From assembly GCA_041397825.1 (NCBI GenBank), contig JAWKVX010000006.1, positions 292,023 through 356,022 of the forward strand: 64,000 bases of DNA, read 5' to 3'. The notes under the pieces were generated by a model. That model did no database searches and was not told the DNA's origin. It was given only the letters and a program-made list of their open reading frames with translations. Origin of the DNA: Hyphomicrobiaceae bacterium (GTDB lineage: Bacteria; Pseudomonadota; Alphaproteobacteria; Rhizobiales; Hyphomicrobiaceae). Below are positions 52,182 to 61,531 of the stretch, in pieces. The position numbers and the translations under genes are program-made. Positions within the stretch are counted from its first letter, which is position 1. The number at the start of each line of letters is the position of its first letter.

Positions 52182-53438
52182 CTACTTGTCCAGACGCAGG
52201 TTGGTGAGGCGGATGGCGATGTCCTTGAAGGCGGCGATCAGGTCATTGCTGTTGTTGGCATCCCAGTAGAGCAGGTCGCCAGAGCCATTGTCGGTCGAGG
52301 CGCAGGCCTGGAGCGTCGGATGGTTCGGGCTCTGGAAGGAGACGGCGTAGACGATCACGTCTTCGTCTTTCATGGCATCGCAGATCGAGATGGCCTGGCT
52401 GGCCGACGAGCCGTTGGCCCAGGCGGTGTTGAAATCACCATCGGTCATGAGCACCACGGCCTTGATCAGGTTTTCCGTGCCGTAGGGTTGCGGGGCGCTC
52501 GCGCCGGTGAAGATGCCGGCCCACTTGTCAGAGATCATGTACCAGCCCCACGCGGCGCCGATATGACCGGCCGTCCAGCCACCCGTGCTGAGATTGTCGA
52601 TCGCGGTCTCCAGCATCTCGCGGTCCTGGGTCAACGGAACGATCTCGGAGTCTGGGCAGGAGTAGGTCGAGTTTCCCTGATAGGCGTCGATATCTGACGG
52701 GTTGCCCGGATTGGCGGCGCGGAAGTACTTGCCGGGCCCGGGGGCGGTATCCTTGTAAGCATGCGCCGTGCGCTCGTAGGCGCAGTGATCGAGGCTCAGG
52801 CCATCGGTTGCGGCGTCAGAGTAGGCGCCGACATTGACCGAGGCTGAATAGGGGGCGAGGGCGATCTTGACGTCGCCACCACCGCCGTTCTCGGGCATCA
52901 GCGTATCGACCAGCTCGGTCGCGGCGTCCTTGAGGGCGCCGATCTTGGAGCAGGGCGTGCACATCGATCCGGTAATGTCGAGAACGAGGCTGAGCTCGAT
53001 GTCCTGCACGTTGAACGTGGCGCGAGCAGCGACCGTGTAGTTGACCTTGTCGATACCGAAGATGCGACCGAAAGTGGTCGGCACGTGGACGACGGTCTGT
53101 ACCTTGACGGTCTTCGTGTCGGTGTCGACGTCAGCGGTGAAATCGGAATAATCGGCACCGATGTCGCCGACGCTCTGGAGGTTGCTCTCGAAGAAGTCCG
53201 CCGCCAGCGTCTCGATCTCGGCAACCGACTTATCGCCGCTGAAGACAGCGCGGGTGGCAGCGAGCGCGGCGGCGTCGAGTGCGGAGGCGGCCTTCGAATG
53301 GGCATCCATGGACCGGCCGACATCGATCGAGAGACCCACAAAACCGACCACGGCGATGATGGCGGCGCCGAACATGATCGAGATCGTTCCGCGCTCGTTG
53401 GCGAGGAAGGTGGTGTCGCGGAGGGCCGGCAGTCTCAT
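52182..53438 (-). CDS. TadE/TadG-like N-terminal domain + von Willebrand factor A domain protein (paralog 2)
   Basis: NERGTISIMFGAAIIAVVGFVGLSID, VLDITGSM, LMTDGDFN. Colinear with paralog 1 over the full length. ATG 53438 with GGAG SD. Confidence 0.8.
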   Translation of the reverse strand: MRLPALRDTTFLANERGTISIMFGAAIIAVVGFVGLSIDVGRSMDAHSKAASALDAAALAATRAVFSGDKSVAEIETLAADFFESNLQSVGDIGADYSDFTADVDTDTKTVKVQTVVHVPTTFGRIFGIDKVNYTVAARATFNVQDIELSLVLDITGSMCTPCSKIGALKDAATELVDTLMPENGGGGDVKIALAPYSASVNVGAYSDAATDGLSLDHCAYERTAHAYKDTAPGPGKYFRAANPGNPSDIDAYQGNSTYSCPDSEIVPLTQDREMLETAIDNLSTGGWTAGHIGAAWGWYMISDKWAGIFTGASAPQPYGTENLIKAVVLMTDGDFNTAWANGSSASQAISICDAMKDEDVIVYAVSFQSPNHPTLQACASTDNGSGDLLYWDANNSNDLIAAFKDIAIRLTNLRLDK

Positions 53439-53520
53439 TTTCGTCTCCCTGGGGCGGGGTAGCGGTGCTGGCCCCGGGAGATGCAAAGGGAATGCAAGAT
53501 CAGAGAACAAGGCGCCGAAT

Positions 53521-53760
53521 CAAGTAAAAACGCGAGATATTAAGTAAATATACGATTAAACTCTGATATGTTTGTGAAATAGTGCGTTAACGCTCAAAAT
53601 AAGTTGAGTGCATCCATGTAATTGTGCATCAAGTGAGGTTAATTTATTTGGAATATGGCCGCGCAATATTGGTGTTATCTGATCATTTTCCGAGTCTCGG
53701 CAGATTAGAATGTTTCGTTACTTGTGTTTTATGCGCGGCCCTTCCAACAAGATCCTGTGC
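53521..53760. other. sharply AT-rich non-coding region upstream of the tadG-like module
   Basis: Hand count gives 91 G+C in 240 bp (about 38% GC) against visibly >60% flanks. Contains several TTAA/TTAAC motifs and a gtgcatc direct repeat. Confidence 0.7.
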
Positions 53761-53819
53761 CGTTCTGGCGCAAGACGGAATTGAGAGGGTCGCGCGCATG
53801 CGGCTGGGAAGATAGGTGG

Positions 53820-54026
53820 TTAGAAATCGGACGCCAGGCCATTCCGCTCCCAGTCGCCGTGGCGCGTCGGCTCTGGACCAGTCGGGCCATTGATCTCAGG
53901 TGCGGCGTCGGGCGGAGGCGCTGCCTCGCGTCTCAGGCGCGCCTCCTCCAGGGCACGTGCTGCGGCGGGATCGAGGCGGCGTGGCCCGCGCGCTACCGCC
54001 TCTCCGGATTGTTTTTCGTCACTCAT
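53820..54026 (-). CDS. DUF1674 (SDHAF4-like) small protein
   Basis: C-terminus EINGPTGPEPTRHGDWERNGLASDF matches the conserved DUF1674 tail. ATG at 54026 preferred over TTG at 54032. Confidence 0.8.
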   Translation of the reverse strand: MSDEKQSGEAVARGPRRLDPAAARALEEARLRREAAPPPDAAPEINGPTGPEPTRHGDWERNGLASDF

Positions 54027-54128
54027 CCGCAACCTGATGGCTGACCTCGAGCGTTCGATTGCTTATATCATCGTCGTTGACGGGGGCGCCATACGACTTT
54101 GCCCCGGTCGGGACCTCAGAGGGTCGAT

Positions 54129-55076
54129 ATGCATCTCGTCAGAACCGGATTCCTTCTTCTCGCGCTGACCTTGCTGTTCGTGATGGTCGGCTTCCTGGTC
54201 GGCGGTCAGACCGGCATGGTCATTGCCCTGGCGCTTGCCGGCGCCATGAACCTCTTCGCCTACTACAACTCGGACAAGATGGTGCTGAGGATGCACCGGG
54301 CCGTGCAGGTCGACCGCGGGGCCGCCCCGGAGCTTTACAGCATTGTCGAGCAACTGGTCGCGAATGCGGAGCTGCCGCTGCCGAAGATCTACGTCATCGA
54401 GAGCCCTCAGCCCAATGCATTCGCCACAGGCCGCAATCCGGCGAACTCGGCGGTTGCCGTCACGACGGGCCTCCTCGATATGCTCAGCAAGGAGGAGATC
54501 GCCGGCGTCATCGCCCACGAGCTCGCCCACATCAAGAACCGCGATACGCTCACCATGGCGATGACGGCGACGCTCGCTGGTGCCATCTCGATGCTGGCGC
54601 AATTCGGCCTTTTCTTCGGCGGACGTAGCCGAAATGACAGCCCGCTCGGTCCGATTGGCACATTGGTCGCCATGTTGGCGGCTCCGCTGGCGGCAACGCT
54701 CGTGCAGATGGCCATCAGCCGCAGCCGCGAGTACGCGGCCGACGAGCTCGGATCGCACATCAGTCAGCGGCCGCTCTGGCTCGCCTCGGCCTTGTCGAAA
54801 CTGGCGCAGACCCGCGGCCGTTTCCGACTCGTCTCGGCGGAGGTCAATCCGGCGTCGGCGCACCTTTTCATCGTCAACCCGTTGACGGGCCGCGGACTGG
54901 CGAGCCTGTTCATGACCCACCCCAGCACCGAGGATCGGATAGCCCGTCTGGAGGAGATTGCGGCCGAGATGGGACAGGTGCAGTTGGGCGGGCCGGTGGG
55001 GGAACGGCAAGCTCGCACCAGTGTGCCTGGGTCCACCGGTCGGCCGTTCAAGGGTGAGCGCGGTCCGTGGAGTTGA
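54129..55076 (+). CDS. htpX: zinc metalloprotease HtpX
   Basis: TM helices, [10 protein letters not shown] zinc motif, [17 protein letters not shown]. Confidence 0.93.
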   Translation: MHLVRTGFLLLALTLLFVMVGFLVGGQTGMVIALALAGAMNLFAYYNSDKMVLRMHRAVQVDRGAAPELYSIVEQLVANAELPLPKIYVIESPQPNAFATGRNPANSAVAVTTGLLDMLSKEEIAGVIAHELAHIKNRDTLTMAMTATLAGAISMLAQFGLFFGGRSRNDSPLGPIGTLVAMLAAPLAATLVQMAISRSREYAADELGSHISQRPLWLASALSKLAQTRGRFRLVSAEVNPASAHLFIVNPLTGRGLASLFMTHPSTEDRIARLEEIAAEMGQVQLGGPVGERQARTSVPGSTGRPFKGERGPWS

Positions 55077-56395
55077 GGCCAGGTTCGGGTCGCACGGCGC
55101 GCGATGTCGCGGTCCGCGCACTCACCGAGGTTCTCGACCGCCATCAGCCACTCGACGATGCCTTCGAGCGAGCTCTGAAATCCGCCGGGAAAGACCTGGA
55201 GCCACGCGATCGCGGCTTTGCGCGCTTGCTCGTGACGACAGCGCTGCGGCGTCTCGGCGAGATCGATGAGCGGCTCGAGACCTTGATTGCGCGGCCGCTG
55301 CCGGCCGACGCTGTTCGGGTTCGCTCTATTCTTCAGATCACTGCGGCCCAGCTCATCTTTCTGGCGACTCCCGCCCATGCTGCCGTCGACAGTGCTGTCT
55401 CGTTGACGCGTGCCGAGTCCAGGCACGAGCGGTTCTCCGGTCTCGTCAATGCCGTTTCGCGGCGCTTGGCGCAGGGCAGCGGTGATACGGCGGCGTCCCG
55501 TCGGCAAGGGCGGCGCAACACGCCCGATTGGCTCTGGCGGCGTTGGGTCTCGACCTACGGCGAGAGCACGGCTGCCAAAATTGCAGAGGCGCATTTGCAC
55601 GAGCCTGCCCTCGATCTCTCAGTCAAGGGCGATGCGGGCCTATGGGCGGAGAGACTGGGCGCCGACGTACTGGGGGGAGGCGGCTTGCGCCTTCGCGCGC
55701 ACGGCAGGATCGAGGAGCTTTCAGGCTTTGCTGAAGGTGCCTGGTGGGTTCAGGATGCAGCAGCCGCCCTTCCAGCACAGCTGCTGGGTGATATCGCCGG
55801 CCGGGAGGTCCTCGATCTCTGCGCCGCTCCCGGAGGCAAGACGGCTCAGCTCGTGGCGTCGGGCGCGCGCGTGATCGCGGTCGACAGCTCCCGGCGCCGG
55901 CTCGGCATTCTCCGGCGCAATCTGGACCGACTGAGCCTGACGGCGGAAGTGATCGAGGCCGATGTGCGGAGCTGGTCGCCGGGCCGGCGCTTCGAGCGGG
56001 TTCTGTTGGATGCTCCCTGCCTGGCCACCGGCACGATCCGGCGGCATCCGGACCTTCCCTATCTGAAGAGCGAGGCCGGTCTTGAAGCGCTGCTGCTGCG
56101 GCAGAGGGAGCTGCTCGACAGGGCAGTCGACCTGCTCGCTCCGGGTGGCGTGCTGGTGTACGCGACATGCTCTCTCGAGCCTGAGGAGGGCGAAGGCCAG
56201 ATCGAGGTGGGGCTCGCCCGTCACAGCGGCATGCGGGTAGTCGGGATCCAGTCCGGAGAGGCGGGTATTCAACCGGAATGGATCACAGACCTAGGGTATC
56301 TTCGGACTCTGCCCTTCCATTCTCCAGGCAATGGCCCCAATGTTGCCGGCATGGACGGATTCTTTGCGGCGCGGCTCATCAAGGCGGCACGCTAG
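55067..56395 (+). CDS. rsmB: 16S rRNA (cytosine967-C5)-methyltransferase / RsmB-Sun family
   Basis: NusB-like N-terminus, [51 protein letters not shown]. Confidence 0.9.
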   Translation: MELRPGSGRTARDVAVRALTEVLDRHQPLDDAFERALKSAGKDLEPRDRGFARLLVTTALRRLGEIDERLETLIARPLPADAVRVRSILQITAAQLIFLATPAHAAVDSAVSLTRAESRHERFSGLVNAVSRRLAQGSGDTAASRRQGRRNTPDWLWRRWVSTYGESTAAKIAEAHLHEPALDLSVKGDAGLWAERLGADVLGGGGLRLRAHGRIEELSGFAEGAWWVQDAAAALPAQLLGDIAGREVLDLCAAPGGKTAQLVASGARVIAVDSSRRRLGILRRNLDRLSLTAEVIEADVRSWSPGRRFERVLLDAPCLATGTIRRHPDLPYLKSEAGLEALLLRQRELLDRAVDLLAPGGVLVYATCSLEPEEGEGQIEVGLARHSGMRVVGIQSGEAGIQPEWITDLGYLRTLPFHSPGNGPNVAGMDGFFAARLIKAAR

Positions 56396-56410
56396 GGCAT
56401 CGCGAGACGG

Positions 56411-58147
56411 TTGAGCATGGATCGGGCCCTGGCCAAGGCGGAATATCAGCTTCGCAGCGGTGCCGAACGCATCCGCCAGGTGGCGGGCGATACCGTTGCC
56501 AAGCTGCCCTGGCTGAGGCCGCCGGTTGAGGTCGAACACGGCCATCTGCTGATCGTGCCGCAGGACCTCCGCACGCCCGATCCGAGCCTTGCGAGCGAAC
56601 TGGCCTCGGGGCAATTGGGATTGGCGGGTGCCTTGGCAGCCATCGACGGCATCTCGCCCTTCGACGTCAGGCCGCCCAGTCGGGCCTGGATCGAGGCGCT
56701 CGTGTCCTTTGAATGGCTCAGGGACCTCCGAGCAGCGAACACTCCGGAGGCGCGCGAGACCGGTGTCCGCTACGTGCTCGACTGGATCGACCGGCGGCGT
56801 GATGGCCGCGGTCGGACCTTGCCCGATGACCCGCGACTGACCGCCCTCCGAGTGCTGTCATGGTTGCAGAATGCCGGCTTTCTTCTCGAGGGTGCGCCAC
56901 CAACGGTTTACGACAAGATCGTCGACAGCCTGCTCCGCCAGGTCAGGCAGCTGGTGGCTCAGGCACCGGACATCATCGACAGCCGGACACGGCTCGCCGT
57001 CGAGGTCACGCTCACCTACGCGAGCCTCTGCGTCTCGGAGCAGGAATCGCTCGTCGAAAGCCAGTCCGTCCGCCTCACCGACATCCTGTTGCATCATATC
57101 CTGAAGGACGGCGGCCATGTCTCGCGCAATGCCGGCCTGCTGGTCGATCTTCTTCTCGATCTCTTGCCCCTGAAGCAATGCTTCGTGTCGCGCAACAGGG
57201 AGCCACCGGCGATCGTCAATGAGGCGGCCCGGCGCATCACCGACATGCTCCGTCATATGCGTCTGGGTGATGGGGGGCTGGCGCGCTTCAACGGCGTTGG
57301 CGCAACGCGCACGGATCTGCTCGCGGCGGTTCTTGCCTATGACGAGAACGTTCAGCGGCCGAGCGAAACTCTGACCGTATCCCGCTACGGGCGCTTACAG
57401 CGGCGCCAGAGCATCCTCATCTGCGACGTCGGGCCACCGCCGCTTCCCGAGCTCTCGAACGAGGCGCATGCCGGCTGTCTCTCGTTCGAGTTGAGCGCGG
57501 GAACGCACCTTGTGATCGTCAATACCGGCGCGCCAGGACCGGCCGACCGCGACTGGCGGCTGAACGCCCGGGCGACGGCCTCGCATTCGACTGTGGTTGT
57601 GAACAACGCCTCCTCGTCACGCCTGCTGAAGAAACCGGATCTCGAGCGCAAGCTCGGCGCTCCGCCGCTCGCCGAGCCTGGCGTCGTCGAGGCGCGGCTG
57701 ACATCAAACGACGACGGCTCGCTCGAGTTGTCCGCCAGTCATAACGGCTACGTCGAGCGCTTTGGCATCATTCACGCTCGTCGGCTGAGGCTTTCGGCGC
57801 AGGGCGACCGACTCGACGGAGTCGATCGCTTGTTCGATCCGGCGCGCACGGCCTCCTGGAAGGGTCGCCGCGGCATGACCTTCGCGCTGCATTTCCACAC
57901 CCACCCGGCCAATCGTGTTCGCCGCGGGCCGGAGGCTGGACAGGCGCTGATCGAGCTGCCGAATGGAGAGGTCTGGGGGTTGGCCGGCCAGGGGGCAGAT
58001 ATCGGCTTCGAGGAAAGCCTGTTCCTCGCCAGTCTTGCCGGACCGCGGCGCGGCGTGCAGATCGTCTTTCGCGGCAGGGCGAGCGAGGAGGCGGACATTC
58101 GCTGGCGGCTCGTCAGGCTCAGGAGCGCCACGGCAAGTCCGCGCTGA
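56411..58147 (+). CDS. heparinase II/III-like family protein
   Basis: 578 aa. Sequence and its position between rsmB and purH match the conserved Rhizobiales heparinase II/III-like protein. The start is either TTG 56411 or ATG 56417. Confidence 0.7.
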   Translation: MSMDRALAKAEYQLRSGAERIRQVAGDTVAKLPWLRPPVEVEHGHLLIVPQDLRTPDPSLASELASGQLGLAGALAAIDGISPFDVRPPSRAWIEALVSFEWLRDLRAANTPEARETGVRYVLDWIDRRRDGRGRTLPDDPRLTALRVLSWLQNAGFLLEGAPPTVYDKIVDSLLRQVRQLVAQAPDIIDSRTRLAVEVTLTYASLCVSEQESLVESQSVRLTDILLHHILKDGGHVSRNAGLLVDLLLDLLPLKQCFVSRNREPPAIVNEAARRITDMLRHMRLGDGGLARFNGVGATRTDLLAAVLAYDENVQRPSETLTVSRYGRLQRRQSILICDVGPPPLPELSNEAHAGCLSFELSAGTHLVIVNTGAPGPADRDWRLNARATASHSTVVVNNASSSRLLKKPDLERKLGAPPLAEPGVVEARLTSNDDGSLELSASHNGYVERFGIIHARRLRLSAQGDRLDGVDRLFDPARTASWKGRRGMTFALHFHTHPANRVRRGPEAGQALIELPNGEVWGLAGQGADIGFEESLFLASLAGPRRGVQIVFRGRASEEADIRWRLVRLRSATASPR

Positions 58148-58317
58148 TTGGGCGCAGGGGCCGATCATGCGCACGTGCTAGAGCGGCTTCAGATCGAGCG
58201 GCCTCCTGAATCCGCTCTGAGTTGTTGGTTTCGAGCATGTTCTTGCGGCAAACCGGCTTCCACTTTGCCTGAACGTGCTCCAAGCGGCCGTCGAGCCGAC
58301 CTCGAGGACCAGCCGAC

Positions 58318-59901
58318 ATGACCGATCCCACCATCCGCCGTGCGCTCATCTCCGTCTCGGACAAGACCGGCATCGGTGAACTGGCGCGAGAGCTTGCCAG
58401 GCGCGGCATCACGCTCGTCTCGACCGGCGGCACGCGGAGGCATCTCCAGGATCAGGGACTGGCCGTCGTCGACATCGCCGAGGTCACAGGCTTTCCCGAG
58501 ATGATGGACGGGCGGCTCAAGACCTTGCATCCGAAGGTGCATGGCGGGTTGCTGGCGGTCAGAGACCATCCGGAGCATGTCGCGGCGATGACGGCGCATG
58601 ATATCGCGCCGATCGATCTCCTGATCGTCAACCTCTATCCGTTCGAGGCGACGGTTGCGGCCGGCCAGCCCGAGGCGGAGTGCATCGAGAACATCGATAT
58701 CGGCGGGCCGGCAATGCTGCGCGCCGCTGCCAAGAACCATGCGAGTGTCACCGTCGTCACCGATCCGGCGGACTATCAGGAGCTGCTGACAGAGCTCGAT
58801 GCCAACATCGGCGCGACCACGCTCGCCTTCCGCAGGCGTCTTGCCGCCAAAACCTATGCCACGACAGCGCGCTACGACGCGATGATCGCCACCTGGATGT
58901 TCGAGCGGCAAGGCGCGACGATGCCGCCGATCGCAGCCGTCGCCGGCACGCGCGCGATGACGATGCGCTACGGCGAGAATCCGCATCAGCAGGCGGCGCT
59001 CTATCGCACGCCGGGCGCCGGCCCCAGCCTCGCCGCCGCGCGGCAGGTGCAGGGCAAGGAGCTCTCCTACAACAATATCGCCGATGCGGACGCGGCCTTC
59101 GAGCTCGTCTCGGACCTCGATCGCGACCGGCCGGCGCTCGCCATCATCAAGCATGCGAACCCGTGCGGGGTCGCGACCGGCGCGACGCTGATCGAGGCCT
59201 ACCGGCGGGCGCTGAAAACCGATCCGGTCAGCGCCTTCGGCGGCATCGTCGCCGTCAATCGTGCGCTGGACGCCGAGACGGCGACGGAGATCTCGCGTGT
59301 CTTCACGGAGGTGATCGTCGCGCCGGAGGCGGACGATGGAGCGCTGAAGGTGCTGGCGGGAAAGCCCAATGTGCGGCTTCTCTTGACGGGCGGCTTGCTC
59401 GATCCGAAGGCGGTGCGCTCGATCGTCAAGACGGTCTCGGGCGGCTTCCTTTTGCAGTCGCGCGATGCGGGTCTGGTTGGCGCAGCCGATCTGAAGGTGG
59501 TGACCAAACGTTCACCGATGGATCGCGAGCTGGCCGACCTCCTCTTCGCTTTCCGTGTGGCCAAGCATGTGAAGTCGAATGCCATCGTCTACGTGAAGAA
59601 TGGCGCGACCGTCGGCATCGGCGCCGGTCAGATGAGCCGGGTCGACTCGGCGAGGATCGCCGCGTCGAAGGCGTCGGCGGCCGCACTGGCGGCTGGCGAG
59701 ACTGAGCCGCTGACGAAAGGCTCGGTCGTCGCCTCCGATGCCTTCTTCCCCTTCGCCGATGGCCTCATCACCGCCGCCGAAGCCGGCGTCACGGCCGTCA
59801 TCCAGCCGGGCGGATCAGTGCGCGACGACGAGGTGATCGCCGCTGCCGACGAGCGCGGATTGGCGATGGTGTTCACAGGAGTCAGGCATTTCCGGCATTG
59901 A
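58318..59901 (+). CDS. purH: bifunctional AICAR formyltransferase / IMP cyclohydrolase
   Basis: [52 protein letters not shown], ending GVRHFRH. Confidence 0.97.
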   Translation: MTDPTIRRALISVSDKTGIGELARELARRGITLVSTGGTRRHLQDQGLAVVDIAEVTGFPEMMDGRLKTLHPKVHGGLLAVRDHPEHVAAMTAHDIAPIDLLIVNLYPFEATVAAGQPEAECIENIDIGGPAMLRAAAKNHASVTVVTDPADYQELLTELDANIGATTLAFRRRLAAKTYATTARYDAMIATWMFERQGATMPPIAAVAGTRAMTMRYGENPHQQAALYRTPGAGPSLAAARQVQGKELSYNNIADADAAFELVSDLDRDRPALAIIKHANPCGVATGATLIEAYRRALKTDPVSAFGGIVAVNRALDAETATEISRVFTEVIVAPEADDGALKVLAGKPNVRLLLTGGLLDPKAVRSIVKTVSGGFLLQSRDAGLVGAADLKVVTKRSPMDRELADLLFAFRVAKHVKSNAIVYVKNGATVGIGAGQMSRVDSARIAASKASAAALAAGETEPLTKGSVVASDAFFPFADGLITAAEAGVTAVIQPGGSVRDDEVIAAADERGLAMVFTGVRHFRH

Positions 59902-59948
59902 GGGGCCTGATCCCTATCGGTCGATCGTTGCGTCTCGATGAGAGTTCG

Positions 59949-60644
59949 TCACTCCCGCACCCCGAAAATCGCGCTCCCGACCCGGACATGCGTCGCGCCG
60001 AGCAGGATGGCCGTCGGGTAGTCGCTGCTCATGCCCATGCTGAGTTGAGCCAACCCACACTCTTTCGCGAGCTTGTGCAGCAAAGCAAAATGCAGCGCCG
60101 GCTCGTCGTCGACGGGCGGGATGCACATCAGGCCGACGATATCGAGGCCATCCTTGCGGCAGATTTCGACGAACGCGGCGGTCTCCTCAGGCAGCACGCC
60201 GGCCTTCTGCGGCTCGGCGCCGGTGTTGACCTGGACGAAGCAGCGAAGGCTGCGCCCGGTGGTCCGCATCTCCTTGGCAAGTGCGGCCGCGACTTTCGGC
60301 CGGTCGACGGACTCGATCACGTCGAACAGCGCCACCGCCTCCTTGACCTTGTTGGTCTGCAAGGGGCCGATCAGATGCAGCTCGAGGTCGGGATAGCGTG
60401 CCTTGAGGTCGGGCCACTTCGCCTTCGCCTCCTGCACGCGGTTCTCGCCGAACACGCGCTGGCCGGCCTCGATGACGGGGAGGATGTCGTGGGCCTCGAA
60501 GGTCTTGGAGACGGCGACGAGCGATACGGACGAGGGATCGCGCTCGGCATCCCTTGCGGCCGCCGCGATCTTCGATCTCACGTCCGCCAGTCGCTGTTGG
60601 ACGGTCACGGCTCTGTCTCTCAGTCGGCCCGCCCTCCCCTCCAT
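59949..60644 (-). CDS. yggS: YggS family pyridoxal phosphate homeostasis protein
   Basis: VSLVAVSKTF (PLP lysine), FGENRVQE, HLIGPLQTNKV, LSMGMSSDY. The start codon is uncertain. Confidence 0.88.
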   Translation of the reverse strand: MEGRAGRLRDRAVTVQQRLADVRSKIAAAARDAERDPSSVSLVAVSKTFEAHDILPVIEAGQRVFGENRVQEAKAKWPDLKARYPDLELHLIGPLQTNKVKEAVALFDVIESVDRPKVAAALAKEMRTTGRSLRCFVQVNTGAEPQKAGVLPEETAAFVEICRKDGLDIVGLMCIPPVDDEPALHFALLHKLAKECGLAQLSMGMSSDYPTAILLGATHVRVGSAIFGVRE

Positions 60645-60861
60645 CCGGCCTACGTCGGCACGATGGACCAAAGAGAGGGCGCAGCACGTCGCGGTCGGTC
60701 GGTGCGCCTCACTAACCGGCTCGTACTACCTCCCGGCCATGGGCGTGGCAACCGAGAGACCTTACAAAGGCGGCGCGACAGGCGCGCTCCCGATCAAAAC
60801 CGGGGGCTCGCCCGCGATGCCGCAGGGGCTACTGACGGGAAAAAGGGAAGTTTGCGAGGCT

Positions 60862-61311
60862 TCAGCCTGAGCTCTCGCTCGTCGCTGGAGGTGCCTGCTC
60901 GAGGATTGTCTTCTTTTTCTTCTTGGCGACCTTCGTCGCCTCCGCGGGCTTCTCGGCTTGCATCATGGTGGCGCACCGGCTTTTCATCGCCTGATTGACC
61001 TGGACGTAGCGCTGGAAACGCGGCAGCTCCTCGGCCGTCGGCGTGTATTTCGACTGGGCGAACTGCTCCAGCTTCTGTGGGATCTTCGCCTCCTGAAAGG
61101 AGGTGAATTCCACCTTGAGCTCCTCGCAACTTTTTTTGTCGACCTGCGGCAAGACGGCCGCCGCCGTGGCATCGGCGGTGGCTGTGCCAGCCGTCGCGTC
61201 GGCTTGACTGGGGGCTATGGCCCCGGTGGTTCCTGTCGTCTGTGCGCCTTGCGAGCAGGCGGCCAGCGCCAACGTGAGCCCGATGGCGCCGATGGTGATG
61301 CAACGCCGCAT
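60862..61311 (-). CDS. hypothetical lipoprotein
   Basis: Lipobox LTLALAAC, Thr/Ala-rich linker, Lys-rich C-terminus (KVAKKKKKT). No family recognised. Confidence 0.6.
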   Translation of the reverse strand: MRRCITIGAIGLTLALAACSQGAQTTGTTGAIAPSQADATAGTATADATAAAVLPQVDKKSCEELKVEFTSFQEAKIPQKLEQFAQSKYTPTAEELPRFQRYVQVNQAMKSRCATMMQAEKPAEATKVAKKKKKTILEQAPPATSESSG

Positions 61312-61531
61312 AGTCAGACCTCCCCCCAGAGGACGATCCGCGAATCAGAGTGATTCGCGTCTCGTAGAGCATAGACGACCGCAAGGCCGTTCCCCCGGCC
61401 CCGCCGCGGATATCCCCCGCTCAGTCGATGCCTGCCCTCTGACGGCGAGCCCGTGCCGCGCTTGACCGGAGCGGCCTTTTCGGGCTCTTACCCCTCGAAT
61501 TAATGACGTATTTCTGCGACGAGACAAGCCC

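Noticed and set aside
53624-53815. 63-aa plus-strand ORF in the AT-rich region
   Set aside because: It has a GTG start with no SD, a Cys/Leu-rich translation, and composition driven by AT-rich non-coding DNA.
58148-58317. Possible ZTP (pfl) riboswitch upstream of purH
   Set aside because: I looked for the conserved pfl elements (the GGGUCGUGACUGGCG-type 5' subdomain and the CCGCCUGGGC 3' subdomain) and found neither. Only a loose 7-bp inverted repeat agagcgg...ccgctct is present.
58189-59705. Two long ORFs overlapping purH (58189-59154 minus, 58680-59705 plus)
   Set aside because: Alternative-frame or antisense shadows of purH. Both are Arg-rich with no recognisable domains.
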